From positions 8,432,001-8,496,000 of the forward strand of contig CP158636.1 in assembly GCA_050273025.1 (NCBI GenBank): 64,000 bases of DNA, read 5' to 3'. Made by a program: the position numbers and the translations under genes. The notes under the pieces are model-generated. The model did no database searches and was not told the origin of the DNA. It saw only the letters and a list, made by a program, of their open reading frames with translations. This document shows, piece after piece, positions 1-13,878 of this stretch. The DNA is from Cenococcum geophilum (taxonomy: Eukaryota). Each line of letters starts with the position of its first letter. The stretch's first letter is position 1.

Positions 1-2342
1 AATATACCTAGATAGGACGTCCCTAATACATTCTTAGAACCTAGTAATATACTATCCCTAATTACTAAGCTATCCCCTTAAACTAATAGCAAAGCTATAG
101 AGCAATCGGAACTCGGAGCCCTGTAATAACTAAAGGACTTTAACCTTATAGCGGCCTTCCTAACGTATACGTATTAAAGAGTTATAAGATTTATAGTACC
201 ATCTAGTCTTATATTTAGAGCAGTATAAAATAAAATAGCTTTTACCCGGGAACTATCCGAAAGGTTAATAGATCTCATCCATAAGGTGCAACGGAGGGAC
301 ACTTTCTATACTATCCTTAATATAGAAGTAGACCGGAAATGTAACGGAAAGGAAGCTGCTAGGCGCCACTATTAGGAACTAGACCCAATAGGCCTACTAC
401 GTAGAGGTGGCAAGATTTAGGTGCTATAAGAAGTAAATCTACAACAGAAGATTCTTATAAAGAATTATAATAATCCTCTAGGCGGCTACTATGGTTAAGC
501 AAAAACAGTAGAATTACTTTAACGCAAATACTATTGGCTAAGGCTTAATTAGGAAGCAAAGGAGTACATTAGCTATTGTAAAAAGTGTTAAGTATATAAG
601 ATCCGCAGGTATAAGCTATAGGGTCTACTTAAATTAGTTCCCCCTGCTAGTAAGCTATAGCGATATTACGCTATAGACTTTATTATAGATCTCCTACTAT
701 CTAAAGATAGCTAAGGACGGATATACGATTTAGTCCTTATACTTATTAATAGGTTTTTAAAGTACGTCCAATACCTTCCCGTTAATAAGATAATTAACGC
801 ATAAGAGCTTGCTAACCTAATTAAGGAGAAATGCTTTCTTAAAGTAGATTAGCCGCACTCTATTATTACTAATAGGGGCAGCGTCTTTATAAGTTAGTAC
901 TGGTTAAATCTATGCTTCCATTTAAAGATAGACTACTATTATAGTATGGCTTTCTACCCGTAGACGAATGGGTAAACGGAACGCTAGAACTAGGAACTGG
1001 AGTCTTACCTACGGATATATTTAAACTACTAGCAAGATAACTAGTGCGAGCTACTTCCGTACGCGGAGTACGCTTATAATTTAAAGTAACACGTATTATA
1101 TAAGTATGCACCAATCCAGATTGCCTATAGCGTCTAACTATTTGGATTTAATAGTATACCCAACGATTACTGGCTAAGGCCGTATAATTAGTTATAGGAT
1201 CCTACCGGGAAGTCTAAGGATATCCACTAAAGAGTATAAGGATACCTCTAGGAATAGGAGGAGTAATAGAAGTATGTAAAGTAGAGCCTATAAGATGCCT
1301 AAGAGTAGTAGAGACTTTAGTATAACCGCAAGCACTAGGACAAGTATTTTGGAGTAGGCAATAAGGTTCTATTACATTTAACGAATATTAAAACCCGTTG
1401 ACTATTAAAGAAGCTTAATGCAAGATACCTAGGTCCCTTTTAAGTTAAGGAACGAATTAGTAAGCTAGCCTATTGTCTCCAGCTACCCCTATTTATGGCC
1501 TATATATATTTAGTGTTTTATATAAACCTACTAGAGCTATAGCATAGACTACTACCGGAAAAGAACTTCCGTCTAGGCCCAATTAAACACCCTAAGGTAG
1601 TAGGCGAGCGGTATAAGGTTAAAGCTATACTATGCTATAAGTCTGTTAAGAACAAGCTTTAATTTAAAGTTAAATGGCTAGGCTAGCCCGCTAAGGACTC
1701 TATATAGGAACCAGAGGATTACCTTAATTATTATAAAGATATTCTAAAAGAATATTGGGACTAAGGTCTATAATCTATAAGTTGTAGAAAGCGCTCTAAT
1801 ACTACGGTGTTATCGCGACTTATAAAGAAAGCTTATAAAAAGAGTAAATAGGTTAAATCGGATATAGAACAGATAGGCTCCGGAAACTATAAAGATAGGG
1901 CTACGGCCTAAGGCAGGACGGGTCCTTAGCCTTTTTACGTATATAGTATAGAGTTGATAAGGGCATTTTGCTAGAATTGTATTCCTATTTATTAATCTAT
2001 ACTAGGAATATTGTTTTTAGGGTTTCTAAGCCCTTTCTAAAAGCCTTATAAGGCCTTTCCGAGTACCTAATTAAGGTCCTTAATTGCTACTATATATAAG
2101 AACGAATCCTAAAAGTCTAAACCATAAATGCCTAATCTAAAAAGCTACTATGCCTTATTATTATCAGGAGTAGGATTAGTATCTATCGGGCCACTAAGTA
2201 ATAGCTGATAAGAATGGGATCTAGACCCCTTAGTAGGGGTATAAGTAGGCATAAAAATAGGGGCAGGACGATGAGGTGTAGCTAGGGTAGAGATCCTTAA
2301 ACATTTAACACCAATATTAGGTCCAAACCAATACTAATAAAG

Positions 2343-2591
2343 TGTCACGGGACTCACACGCTCTCACGTCCCTGCGCGTTTTGACGTTCTTGACCCGTGC
2401 TCACGTTCGTCCCGAGACACCTACGCACGTTCCCCTACAACCCCTATTTATACCCGACCTGGCACACGAAGAATCTTCTTCTTCATCCAAATGTCTTTGT
2501 ATCAACCACGCATAGTTACGCGTACGTAGCCTTCTTCAATTACTACCCTGTTTAGTACATTGTATTCCAGCTCGTGCCCACTTCCGTGACA
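2343..2591. mobile_element. Solo LTR (249 bp), essentially unRIPped
   Basis: Ends TGTCACGG...CCGTGACA (8-bp inverted termini); 5-bp TSD TAAAG at 2338-2342 and 2592-2596. Confidence 0.9.
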
Positions 2592-4408
2592 TAAAGCTTT
2601 TACGGCGTAAGCTTATAGTTAATAAAGACACGCTTAAGCCCGGAATGAATAGAGACGTTAGCTAGCTAGCATAGTCCAGAACCACCAAGACCTTGCTACG
2701 GTAACTATTAGTTACCTATTCGCTAGGTACCCAAAGGGTAACCTACCTAATACCGCATTATATTATACTCTTTTAAAACTTAACGCGTATACGCGAACTC
2801 CTTCCTATAGTAGACGGCAACCTTCTTCTTATTACCCCTATCCTGCACCCTATCCTCAGTATACTAACCTTACTTTCGCATTAGGCATTACTAGCTAGCT
2901 TACTAGGAATTATAGGCAGTATAGATGGCCATGGCATAGTCTTAAATTTGGCCAAGTTATTTAGTATTTACGCTAGAATAAGAGAGAGCCTGGGCAATAT
3001 AGTAGTTAAGGATATTAAAAAAACGTCGCTACTTAGGCCCAGGCTATTAAAGCTTAAAGTTAGTAATAGAAATCTATTAAGAATAGAAAAGCTTACCTTA
3101 ACGTAACTGCCGCTCTTAGTACGTATATATTAATTATAAGGACTAAAGGTATTAGATTTAACACAGTGCGTCTTATTACAAGCCTCTAAAATCCTATTAT
3201 TAGATTTCTAGTCTTTTAAAGACATATAGGTAAAATTATTTAGGTAGGACCAGCACTAGTTACGGGTTAGTAGGGGTTGGGGTTCTATATATAAAGGTAG
3301 GGCCAGGATACGCTGTGGAATTTACTTAAAAGAGTAATTAGCAGGAGAACGAAGAGGCATATTAATTTAATAATAAAAAAGAAGAAAATCTTAATAATAT
3401 ATTAAAGATACGTCCAAATTAGACGAAGGTTAATAATAGGAAATAAGGTATTAAGGAAAAGGATTAAGCTTAATAAGTAAGATATCCTTATACTTTACCG
3501 TCTAATACCCTTCCGGTAAATAGCCGCAACCTTACCAATATAACTCCATTACAATAGCGCTATTTAAAAGAAAGGAAACACGCGTATAAGTTATTTAACT
3601 ATTACTTCCTTACAAAAACTAACTACGCGGCTAGGGGAAGGCAATTAAGACGTTAAATTAAAGATATATATGGGTTAAATTAGACCTAAAACAATACTAA
3701 AGTATTAAAGAATAACGTTATAGACGTTCTTAATAATCATATAATAGCTATAATTGCTATCGCAAAATGTCCCTACTTGCTAGGCAGTAGAACTACGCTA
3801 AATATACGGCATAGGACCACTAGATTTAAAACTATATATACTAAATCTTAAGAGACAAGTCTCTTTAACTAACTAATTAATACCTTAACTGTATCTAATA
3901 GCCTAAGGGCAAATGTAGAAGTAATATGTTAGTGACGTAGGGGATTATAAGAAAAGGATTATAAGAAAGGATTATAGACTATATTTTAGTAGTTAAAGAT
4001 AATAGCAAGCCAAGGCTCTATACGTTAAATCCTATACTAAAAGGTTTTATGGAACTATACTAAAATACCAAATTGCCTATAATACTTATAATTAATTGCA
4101 AACTGGTATAAAGGCTTAGAAGCAGAGTTATATAAAAATCCCTATATTAGCCCAGGTAGTTACCGGTATACTTTTAGTAGGCTTCTAATAGGTCCCCTAG
4201 TAATCCTTACGTCTTTTCTCTAGTTATATTTTTTCCTTATTAAGGTTTTTTAGGAGTTTAAAGTAGGGGTTAGATAGATAGATAATATATAGCGGTATAC
4301 CAATACCTCTCTAATATCTCTTTAAACCTCTTCTGGGACGAGCCCTTATAATCTCCCTACCGCAAGGTAATGGCGATTAGGGGCCAACCGCAAGAAGGGG
4401 GGGGGTAA

Positions 4409-4623
4409 TGTAAGGGATATTATTGCGGATACCTCGGGTTGCCCTTAGGACAACCCCTAGACGCCCTTTAGATAGTTACCGGTTACGTGCCGAAGGCACA
4501 TACCCGTAGTATATAGTCTCCACGATCCTAAAGGCCTTACCTCCTTAAGGATTTGTCTCTCTTACCAATCTATCCTGTTCTAATCGTGTCCTTATAGCCC
4601 CCTGTCTACAAGATCCCCTTATA
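4409..4623 (+). repeat. LTR of Gypsy family A (other copies at 23080-23444 and 51818-52012)
   Basis: TGTAAGGG...CCCCTTA(T/C)A termini, preceded by a PPT; the same sequence recurs twice elsewhere in the window. Confidence 0.85.
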
Positions 4624-5162
4624 AAATCCTTTGTCCTTTTTATAAGTATCTTTTAAAATAACTTCTTAACTACCTACCTAGGCTATTACTATAACGGTAA
4701 TATTATTAAGCTAAGCTAATTAGGATAAATAGATTGACCTTATTAGGCTTTAAGCCTAAATAGGAGACGTATAGAAATACGTTAACCCTTAACTAAACGG
4801 GATAAGTTACCCTAACTAGTTAAACCAATTTTTCCTAGGCCTTAAGATATAAAGCTAGGAACAACCTCCTATATAGCTCTTTTTTAGAATAAGAAGAACG
4901 AACTTTAAATTCTCTATAAGAGATATAAAATAGTAGAAAAAGAATATAAGAAGTAAAATCTAGCTTTAATCTCTCTATAAAGCTATATTACTAGTTTAGT
5001 AGCTAGAAATCTAAATACCTATATATTAGGTATCGACTTAGTATATAACATATTAGTAGCTCTTAAGGAGAGGATTGCCCCTACTAATACTATTATAGAA
5101 CACCCCCGTAATACCTTATACACGTCTATCTATTTTTACTAACTTAGCAACTAGAGACCGAC

Positions 5163-5346
5163 TATAAGACGACAATTTAATAGCAATCTGTGGCAATCTG
5201 GCGGCAATCTAATAGCAATCTAACGGCAATGTTACGGCACTGGCAGAAAATGGCAAAACTTAGTTGGCAAAACTTGGCAAAACTTTACACCGGCAAGTTG
5301 CCACAGATTGCCGTATATTGCGGTTACGTGACGCAAAGATCTTATA
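5163..5346 (+). repeat. Possible LTR with internal GGCAA(T/A) short repeats
   Basis: T(A/G)TAAGA...TCTTA(T/C)A termini; repeated ggcaatct/ggcaaaact units; followed by gag-like sequence; no TSD seen. Confidence 0.3.
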
Positions 5347-5938
5347 AAACATCAAGCGGCGCTACTCTTTTTCTCCTTTCCTTTCCCTAGCTTTAGATTC
5401 TTATTTATAAACAATCCAATTATACAGGTTTTCGCGTCCCTTTTACTGTGCTTATATCTTAATTAACTAAGTCGCTAATATTATCTAAAGCTCTTTCTAC
5501 TCTCTCTTTTTAAAAAGGAACTTAAATATATTTATAAGACTATAAATAGAATAAGAATATAGAATAAGACCCTAAGGATATTACTAGGACTATAAGAATA
5601 GAACCCTAAGGAAAGGACCTATAAGATAAACATAGATTAAAACCTTTAAAGAAATTACCCGGAATTACCTAATACCCCTACTACTATGCTATAAAATATA
5701 GTAGTAGGTAAAGCAGTTATAGGACCCTTAAATACCTTAGATAAAGAAATAATTAATATTTTAACCCCCTAGGCGGAGCTTGCGGCAGCTAATACTAAAA
5801 TTAAACAACTACGAGAGCTACTTAAAGTTAGAGATACCCCTATATCTAATAATAAGTTATTATTAGATAATTAAAGACTTGCTATAGTCCTCTAGGCCCT
5901 ATTCTAGCGCCTTAGTAGATCTATTAAGGCCTATACAG

Positions 5939-6364
5939 TGTTACGAACGCTTTAAGTACGATATTACGACTACTTAGAGAGGAGTTAGAAGAAGCTAGCT
6001 GGTTAATACAAGCACGGTCTAGGATGGAACCCATGGAACTATATGACGAGGAATAGTAAGCAGAGTCACGTGATGTAATCTGTATAATCTGTGTAATCTG
6101 CGAGATCTATAATAGAGTAAACAGAGTAGACAGAGTAGATAGAGCAACGACTTTCTTAGGAGTACGGTTGTGTATTTAAGGACCCTTAGTCCCTACCTAA
6201 ATAGTTCCTTCTTTGTAGTAATTCTCAGAATACAATTAGAGTTAATCTATTAGGCAACTACTCCACTAGTTATTATTACGTTATTAACTACTATCTTTAT
6301 ATTTCCTATATACCTAGCCTATTAACAGAACCCATCGTAGTTACTACTACAAGGTTCCGTTATA
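5939..6364 (+). repeat. 5' LTR of Gypsy family B
   Basis: Direct repeat of 13454-13878; differences are mostly C/T and G/A transitions. Confidence 0.9.
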
Positions 6365-9300
6365 TAATTACTACTACGGTTACGGTATTAAATATAGGAA
6401 GTTAAATAATATACCACCAAAAGCAGCCACCATAACGCCATTAATGGCGGCAACTACTTTAAGGTTAGGGGGTAACACTAGTATAGCGGACACTAACTCG
6501 CAATAACCTATAACGGTAAAACAATTATAAGAAATAGTTAACTAGTTAATAGAAAACAATACAGTATTTAAAAATAAGATTAATGGGACAGGCGTAGTAA
6601 AGGTTAAGTTACTATCGATCGAAAGATTCTTAGGGGAGAGATTAAAGCTTAAAGGATTTCTTACGTAAATGCACTTTAAGGTAGCGCAGGAAGAAGTAAA
6701 GCTAGTAATACCTATAGATTGAATAGCGTATGCAGGACTGTTCTTAATAGGAAGGGTACTTAAATAGTTTAAGTCTTACCTTATAGAAATATAGGTAAAT
6801 GGAATAATAACTATAAACTAAGAGGTACGGTTTATGTTCTTAAGCTAGAACGGGTTTGTAGAACAACTTATATAAATATTTAGAGACCTAAAGGCAACAA
6901 CTACGGCAGAAAGAAAACTCTAAAATATTATACAGCAAACCTTAGCAATTAAGTATATAATATAGTTTTAAATATTAGTAATATAAGTTAAGTAGAATAA
7001 TAGGGCGCTTATAGTATAGTATAAGTAAGGACTTAAGGCTAAAGTCTAGGATGTAATTATTCTAATAGAAGATATAAATACCCTAAGGGAACTAATAGAT
7101 TAAGCGATAAAGATTAATAATAGGATCTACTAAAGGGAACAGACTAAGAGAGGTTAGGATAAAGTTCTATAGTTATATAAGACGTAGAGTACGCAATAAC
7201 TAAAGCTAAATTAGAAACTATAGTATAGCGTAGAGCTAATAGACCTAAGTAGTACTAAAGAAACCTATAAGAGATGGAGTAAAAAACTATAGAAACTTAG
7301 AGGTTAAGGATTAAGTAATTATAGGACTAGGGAGCATAGGCTAAACTAAGGATCTTAGTAGTAGAAGATGTTTAAGCGGACTCTATAATAAAAGTAATAG
7401 TTTAAAGATAGAGCTTATATAAATTACGGAAAACAGGGTTATTTTACCAAAGACTATAAAAGTAGTTAGAGTTATTATATAGTAAAGGGAACTAGACTAG
7501 TAGTATATAACATATACGTATAGAGGGATAATAATATGCTGTAAGGAACAAAAGAGTATTTAATTAAAAGTTTTATATTTTATTATAATAACGCATACTA
7601 AATTTATAAAGACGCTAAGTATAGTGTAAGCTATTAGCTATAGGAGCTAGAGTTAAGAGGACTTAAAAAAACTAAAGAGTTAGATAAAGAATAAGATCGA
7701 CTCTATAAGCTAGATTAAGATATTACAGTAATATACGGATAATAATTAGTAATAATAACAATGGAGTCGGAGTACTTATTAATTAACAGCGATAAGGATA
7801 GTAAAGGAACTAACTAGGGGTATCTAAACCTTAATAACGCAACGGAAGTAGAGACTAAGACCGCTATAGAGCAAGGTTTAGTAATAGGTATTATAACACC
7901 GTTAGATACGGCATCTATCACTTTATAAAATAGAAGGAGTAATATTTAGAGACGATTAAGTAAGCAGATAACTGCTAGTGCTAGCTCACCACTTAATAAA
8001 GGTAAAAGGCTAAAGGCTTAAGATTCTTAAGACAAGATAAAAGATAACTAAGATTCTTAAAATAAGATAAGGCACGCTTAAGGACCCATAACAGACAAAA
8101 ACCAATAGGATAGAGCAATAGCTTAGTTTAGCAATATATAAATAAGCTTAGGATAAAGTTTCCTAAAGGTATAAAACTCTTAAGATAAGATAAGGACACT
8201 AATAAAGCCTAGTTAGACTAAGGCTAGAGCTAAGCTTAAGTTAAAAGCAAGCTTAGAATTAAAGAATTTAAGGGACTAAGAATTTGGAGTACAAATTTGG
8301 ACACCTATAAGTAAGAGGTAAGGAGCTTCTTTATAGATTAGAGAATCTGCAGCGTAAATAGCAATTAGACTAGGAGATAGATATATAAACCTAGAAGACT
8401 TACTAGGGGAACGTAGTGTTTGGCCTAAAGATTAAAAAGTTAATATTAAGACTAAGAAGTAAGAAGACTTTAAGGATTAGTCTATAAGATATAAACTAAA
8501 AGAAACTATAGAAGAGTTTAGGCAAAAAATTATCGTATAGTAAGAACAGAAACTAGATAAGAGATCTAGCGTATTAGGATATATAAAGGATAGAGCACTA
8601 GTATAAAGAATTACTAATAGGCCGAGAATAGGCATATTAAGAGCTAAGTGGCTTACTAAACTAGAAAATAAAGAGGATCTAGGGATTTTTATTAGGTTTA
8701 AAGAATAATATATAAAGGGCTGTCACAACATAGTAATAAGAAGATACTTCCTTACGGATAAGCCGTATATACTCTAATAGCTGTACTAAAAGTGGTATAG
8801 GCAACGACATAATAATAAGTGGGAAGATTTCTATATATAGTTAGATAAAAAAGTTATTTAAGACCACCTAATTACGGAAAAAGTAATAAATTATATTAAG
8901 GGAGCCTTAATTATAACATTAAAGGATCTAGAGGAACGATTAGAGGACTAGAGAAGCGAGAAACGTATCTTAGTACCTACAAATAAAGTTATAACGTTTA
9001 GATTAGTATAATAAAGGTTTAAAATTAAGGATAAAGACAAGCTAAGAGTTAACCTAAAGCACCTAGTATACTATATGCTATTATGGATTGCATATATAGA
9101 TAATATATATAAAATACACAAGAATCCAAAGGAAAAGAATTAGAAATACCCTATAAGGATATACTAGATAATAGATAAATAATAGTATAGAAATGCTAAG
9201 TATATATACGGCTGGCATCCAGCAGAAGTCTAAGAGGAAGGAAATTTAATACTTTAATTAGAAAGATTCCTTACGGAAGAATACTTAGATAGATAATAAT

Positions 9301-12300
9301 AGTGGGAATGTTTAGAGAATACCTATCTATAGTATATTAAAGACAAAAAGCGAACTAGGTATTAACTAAAGAGTAAGCTAAGTATAATAGGATTAAGTAG
9401 CTAATAGTTAGGAAAAGTAGAGGCCTATAGGACTAGAGGGAGCTAGTAGTAGAGCCTTAGACCCTTAAAGGAATTTAAGGACAACACCTAAACCTAAAAG
9501 TTAATTAGTAAGATTAATAGTTTAAAGCGTTAGTAGATAGTGGAGTAATATAAAACTATATCTTACTAATAGCAGTTAAAAGGATAGGGCTACTATATAG
9601 GTAAAAAGAGCACCCTTATTTATTAGTAATAATTTTAGGAGATCTAATAGCCTATAGAGGAGGTATTATTAATCTTAAAATAGGACCTATTTAGATAACC
9701 ATTAAAGGAAGATAAATTAAGATATTTTTTGATATCCTACCACTAGGAAGGGATAAGGCAGTATTAGGGATGCCTTAGTTATAGGAATATAATCTAAGGA
9801 TTAATTGGATTACTAGTTAGGTTAATATTAGAGATACTTAACGCCGCAAAATGCGATAATAAGCTAAGTTAATATGGTATTAGGTCGGAGCAATATATAA
9901 AGAGACTAAGTAAGGCTTAAGTTATATACTAAAGAGATACTATAAGTATAGCAAGAAGCTATAGTTACTAGAAAGTAAAAAGCTATTAGATTATATAGTA
10001 TAGGACTATAAAATAGAGCTAGAACTAGGAATAAGTCTAAGGTTCTACCCAACTTATAAGTTAACGGAAAAAGAGTTATAGGCACTTAAGGAGTTTATCT
10101 AGGAAAATCTTTAAAAAGGATATATTAGACCATCGTAGTTATTAGCGGGTTATCCAGTACTATTCGTACTAAAGAAGAATGGCAAACTAAGGCTATATAT
10201 TAACTATAGATAATTAAATAGTATTACTTAGAAGGATAGGTATCCTTTACCTTTAATTAGCGAAATTTAAGACAGGATTAGTAATACGCAAATCTTTATA
10301 AAGATAGATCTAAGATAGGCATACTATTAGATTAGGATTAAGGAAGGCGACGAATAGAAGGCAGCCTTTAGGTTAAAGGAAGGACTATATAAACCATTAG
10401 TTATATAATTTGGGCTTATAAACGCACTAGTAATATTTTAGAAGCGTATTAACAATATGTTAAGAGAGCACTTAGATAAATTTATTATAGTATACCTTAA
10501 CGACATTATTATCTACTTAATAACTAAAAAAGAATATGGGGAATACGTTAAATAGGTCTTAAAGAGACTATAAAAAGAACAGATGCTAGTAGCAATTAAG
10601 AAATACGAGTTCTTTACTAGGAAAACTAATTTTATTAGATTTATTATTAAACTAGGCCAACTTAGTATAGATCTAAAGAAGATTGAGGCTATAGTAAATT
10701 GGCAAGAACTAGAGAACGTTATGTAGTTAAGATCGTTTTTAAGGTTTTGTAATTACTGTAGAAGGTTTATAGCTTAATAGTTAAAGGATATTAAGCCATT
10801 TATAAGATTAATAAAGAAAGAAGAACTATAGGTATAAGGAGAGGAATAAAAGGAACTGTTTAAGAAAGTTAAATAGTTATTCACCTAGGAGCCAGTTCTT
10901 AAAATCTATTAACTATAGTTAGAGATAGTGGTTGAAATAGATGCATTAGACTATGCACTAGAAGCGTACTTCCTATAAAAAATATTAAAATAGATGGCAC
11001 CTAGTAGTATATTATAGTTAAAAGATAATACTACTGGAACTAAACTATAACATCTATAATAAGGAGTTATTAGGTATAGTTATAGTATTAAGGGAATAGA
11101 GATTATTCTTATAAGGTATAAAGAAACTATTTATAATTAAGACAAATTATAAGAACCTAACGGGGTTCCTAATAACAAAAGAACTTAATTATAGATAAGT
11201 TAGATAGGCAGAGATGCTTATAGAATACTATTTTAAGATTTAGTATACTAAGGGTATAGAGAATATATAAGCAGACGCTCTAAGTAGAAAGGCTAAACTA
11301 TAAAATAATAAAAAGCCATTAGGGGCTTTATTACGAAGGGATATAGATAGATTAATTAGGTATAATTATCTAAAGATTATAGTAACACGAAAAGAGAAGA
11401 CCTATAAATTACTAGAAAGTAATTAGATATAAAAGATCCTAAATATATAAACGGAGGATCTAGACTTAGAGTAGTACGAAAATTAAGAAGCGATATACGT
11501 ACTAAGAGCTATTATAAGGGAGTTTATTAAGTTATTTTATAAAGGACTAACTTAAGGACATAACGGAGCTATAGGCTTAGCGTTAAGACTTTAAGAGGAG
11601 TACATTATTAATGGAATCTAGGGACTAGCTAGGTAAGTTATAAAAGAATATCTAGATTGCTAAAGAAATAAACTAACAAGGCATAAGCTATATAAAGGGC
11701 TATAACTAGTTAAAATACTAGAGAGACTATAGGAGGTTATATTATAGGACTTTATTATTAAGTTACTAAAGTTAAAAGATCCTATTACCGGACAAGATTA
11801 TAACGCAATCTTAGTAATAGTAGATAAGCTTATAAAGTGGGGATACTTTATAGCATATTTAGAAGAAATATTAGCGGAAGATATTACTAGAATCTATATT
11901 AAGGAAGTATTCGCAAAACATAGAGCACTAAGCAAGATTATATTGGATAGAGATTTAAGATTTATAGCAGCATTCTAGGAAGTGTTCTTAGCAGAGTAAG
12001 GAGTTTAAGTAGTAACTTCTACCGCATATTATCTATAGACAGATAGCTAAACGGAAAGATTAAATTAGACACTAGAATAGTATCTAAGGCATTATATTAA
12101 TCATGCATAGAATAATTAGGTATCGCTATTACCAGTTATATAGTTTGTATACAATGTAACACTATAAGAAGGAATGGGCATATTACTATTTAAGGCGAAT
12201 TATGGATATAAGCTAAGGACCTTATTATCGCCACATTAAGTAAAGAAGATAAGTAGTATAGCTAAGGTAGTACAGCAAAGAATGAAAAAGTACTATAATG

Positions 12301-13453
12301 CTAAGAGATCTGAGGGACCAGATCTTAAGGAGGGAGATAAAGTGTGGCTACTATACAAAAATTTCAAGAGTTGACGACTAAGTAAGAAGTTAGACTATGT
12401 CAGACTAGGACCTTTTAAAATTATGCAGAAAATTTCATTAGTTATATTTAAGTTAAACCTACCAGCTAGGATAAAGATCTACCCTATATAGTATATTACA
12501 ATACTAGAGCCAGTATATAGGAATATTAAGCCACCGGTTTATAAAGCAGACATATATAAAGGATAAGAAAAAGATAAATAGTAAGTTTTAAAGATTGTTA
12601 GTTATAAGGACGTAGATAATAAAATATAGTATAAAGTAAAGTAGATAGGCTATAATAAGACTACCTAGAAGCTACTAGAGAACCTAAAAAACGCTATAGG
12701 AAAGGTACAGGAGTATTAAAAGAGAAAAGGTTAGGCAATATTAATAAAGAGGAATCGCTAAAGAATAAGTTACCTAAGGGGGACCTAGGAAGAGCGACTA
12801 CCGAACTACTTAGAGTTGTTTCTTTCTCTATTAGAAAAGAGTTTGTTCTTTTATTACTAAGTTCCTATAAACCTTATTAAATAAGTTTTTACTTTTTTAA
12901 ACGAACCTTCTTACGGATATATTCTAAACGCTAAAGATAAGCATAAGCTAAACGCTAGGCTTTAAGAATATGTACGGACTCTTCTAAGGTATATTAGACC
13001 GTAAGCAGCGCTAAGGATAGCTTACTATTAAGCTTCGCAGCGGTAGATTAAACACGAGACCTTATAATAAATTACTTAGGGAACTTAGAGACTATTAAGA
13101 GTTATAGGACGTATATATTTAGCGTTAAAAGTAAAGCAAATATCGCAAGATAATTAAACGTTTACTTTAGTGCACTCTAAATAGGAAGAGGGCTGCTAAG
13201 ATAAAGGACTCGCTAACGCAATATAGACTAACCCCTTTTTCGCGCAATAAGAATACGGAGATAGTATTACTTCACTAAGCGATAGTATAGAAGAGACTGT
13301 ACGCGTATAATAAAGAGTTAAAGAAGAAGAAGGTGCTTTAGGTATTATAAGTAACAATATTAACTAAATTAATTAGACGGATATTACACCTCTAGTAAAT
13401 AACTTAGAGATACTAGGTATCTTTAAGGACAAAAATAAAGAGGAGGGAGATAG

Positions 13454-13878
13454 TATTACGAACGCTTTAAGTATAATATTATAACTACTTAGAAAGGAGT
13501 TAGAAGAAGCTAGCTAGTTAATATAAGCACGGTCTAGGATAAAACCTATAGAACTATATAACGAGGAATGGTAAGCAGAGTTATATAATGTAATTTATAT
13601 AATCTATATAATCTGCGAGATCTATAATAGAGTAAATAGAGCAGACAGAGTAGATAGAGTAATAACTTTCTTAGGAGTACGGTTGTGTATTTAAGGACCC
13701 TTAATCCCTACCTAGATAGTTCCTTTTTTGTAGTAATTCTTAGAATATAATTAGAGTTAATCTATTAGGCAACCACTCCACTAGTTATTATTATGTTATT
13801 AACTACTATCTTTGCATTTCCTATACACCTAGCCTATTGACAGAACCTATCGTAGTTACTACTATAAGGTTCCGTTAC
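13454..13878 (+). repeat. 3' LTR of Gypsy family B (terminal base displaced to 20145 by the Copia insertion)
   Basis: Direct repeat of 5939-6364, preceded by purine tract aaagaggagggagatag. Confidence 0.9.

Larger units (their letters stand above)
1..4623 (+). mobile_element. RIP-degraded Ty3/Gypsy (chromovirus-type) LTR retrotransposon, 3' half (integrase, chromodomain, long 3' region, PPT, LTR); cut by the window edge
   Basis: After reverting RIP transitions: integrase GGH.G..KT.ELL.RKYYW (~481-540), MDF..DLP / YD..L...DRF.KY (~670-770), and chromodomain FKVKW.G...EDSTWEPE (~1660-1720). Purine tract aagaagggggggggtaa directly precedes the LTR at 4409. Many in-frame TAA/TAG. Confidence 0.85.

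Noticed and set aside
4624..4631. Tf1-like self-priming site (AAATCCTT complementary to AAGGATTT in the LTR)
   Set aside because: Only 8 nt in AT-rich DNA; this LTR is preceded by a PPT and looks like a 3' LTR.
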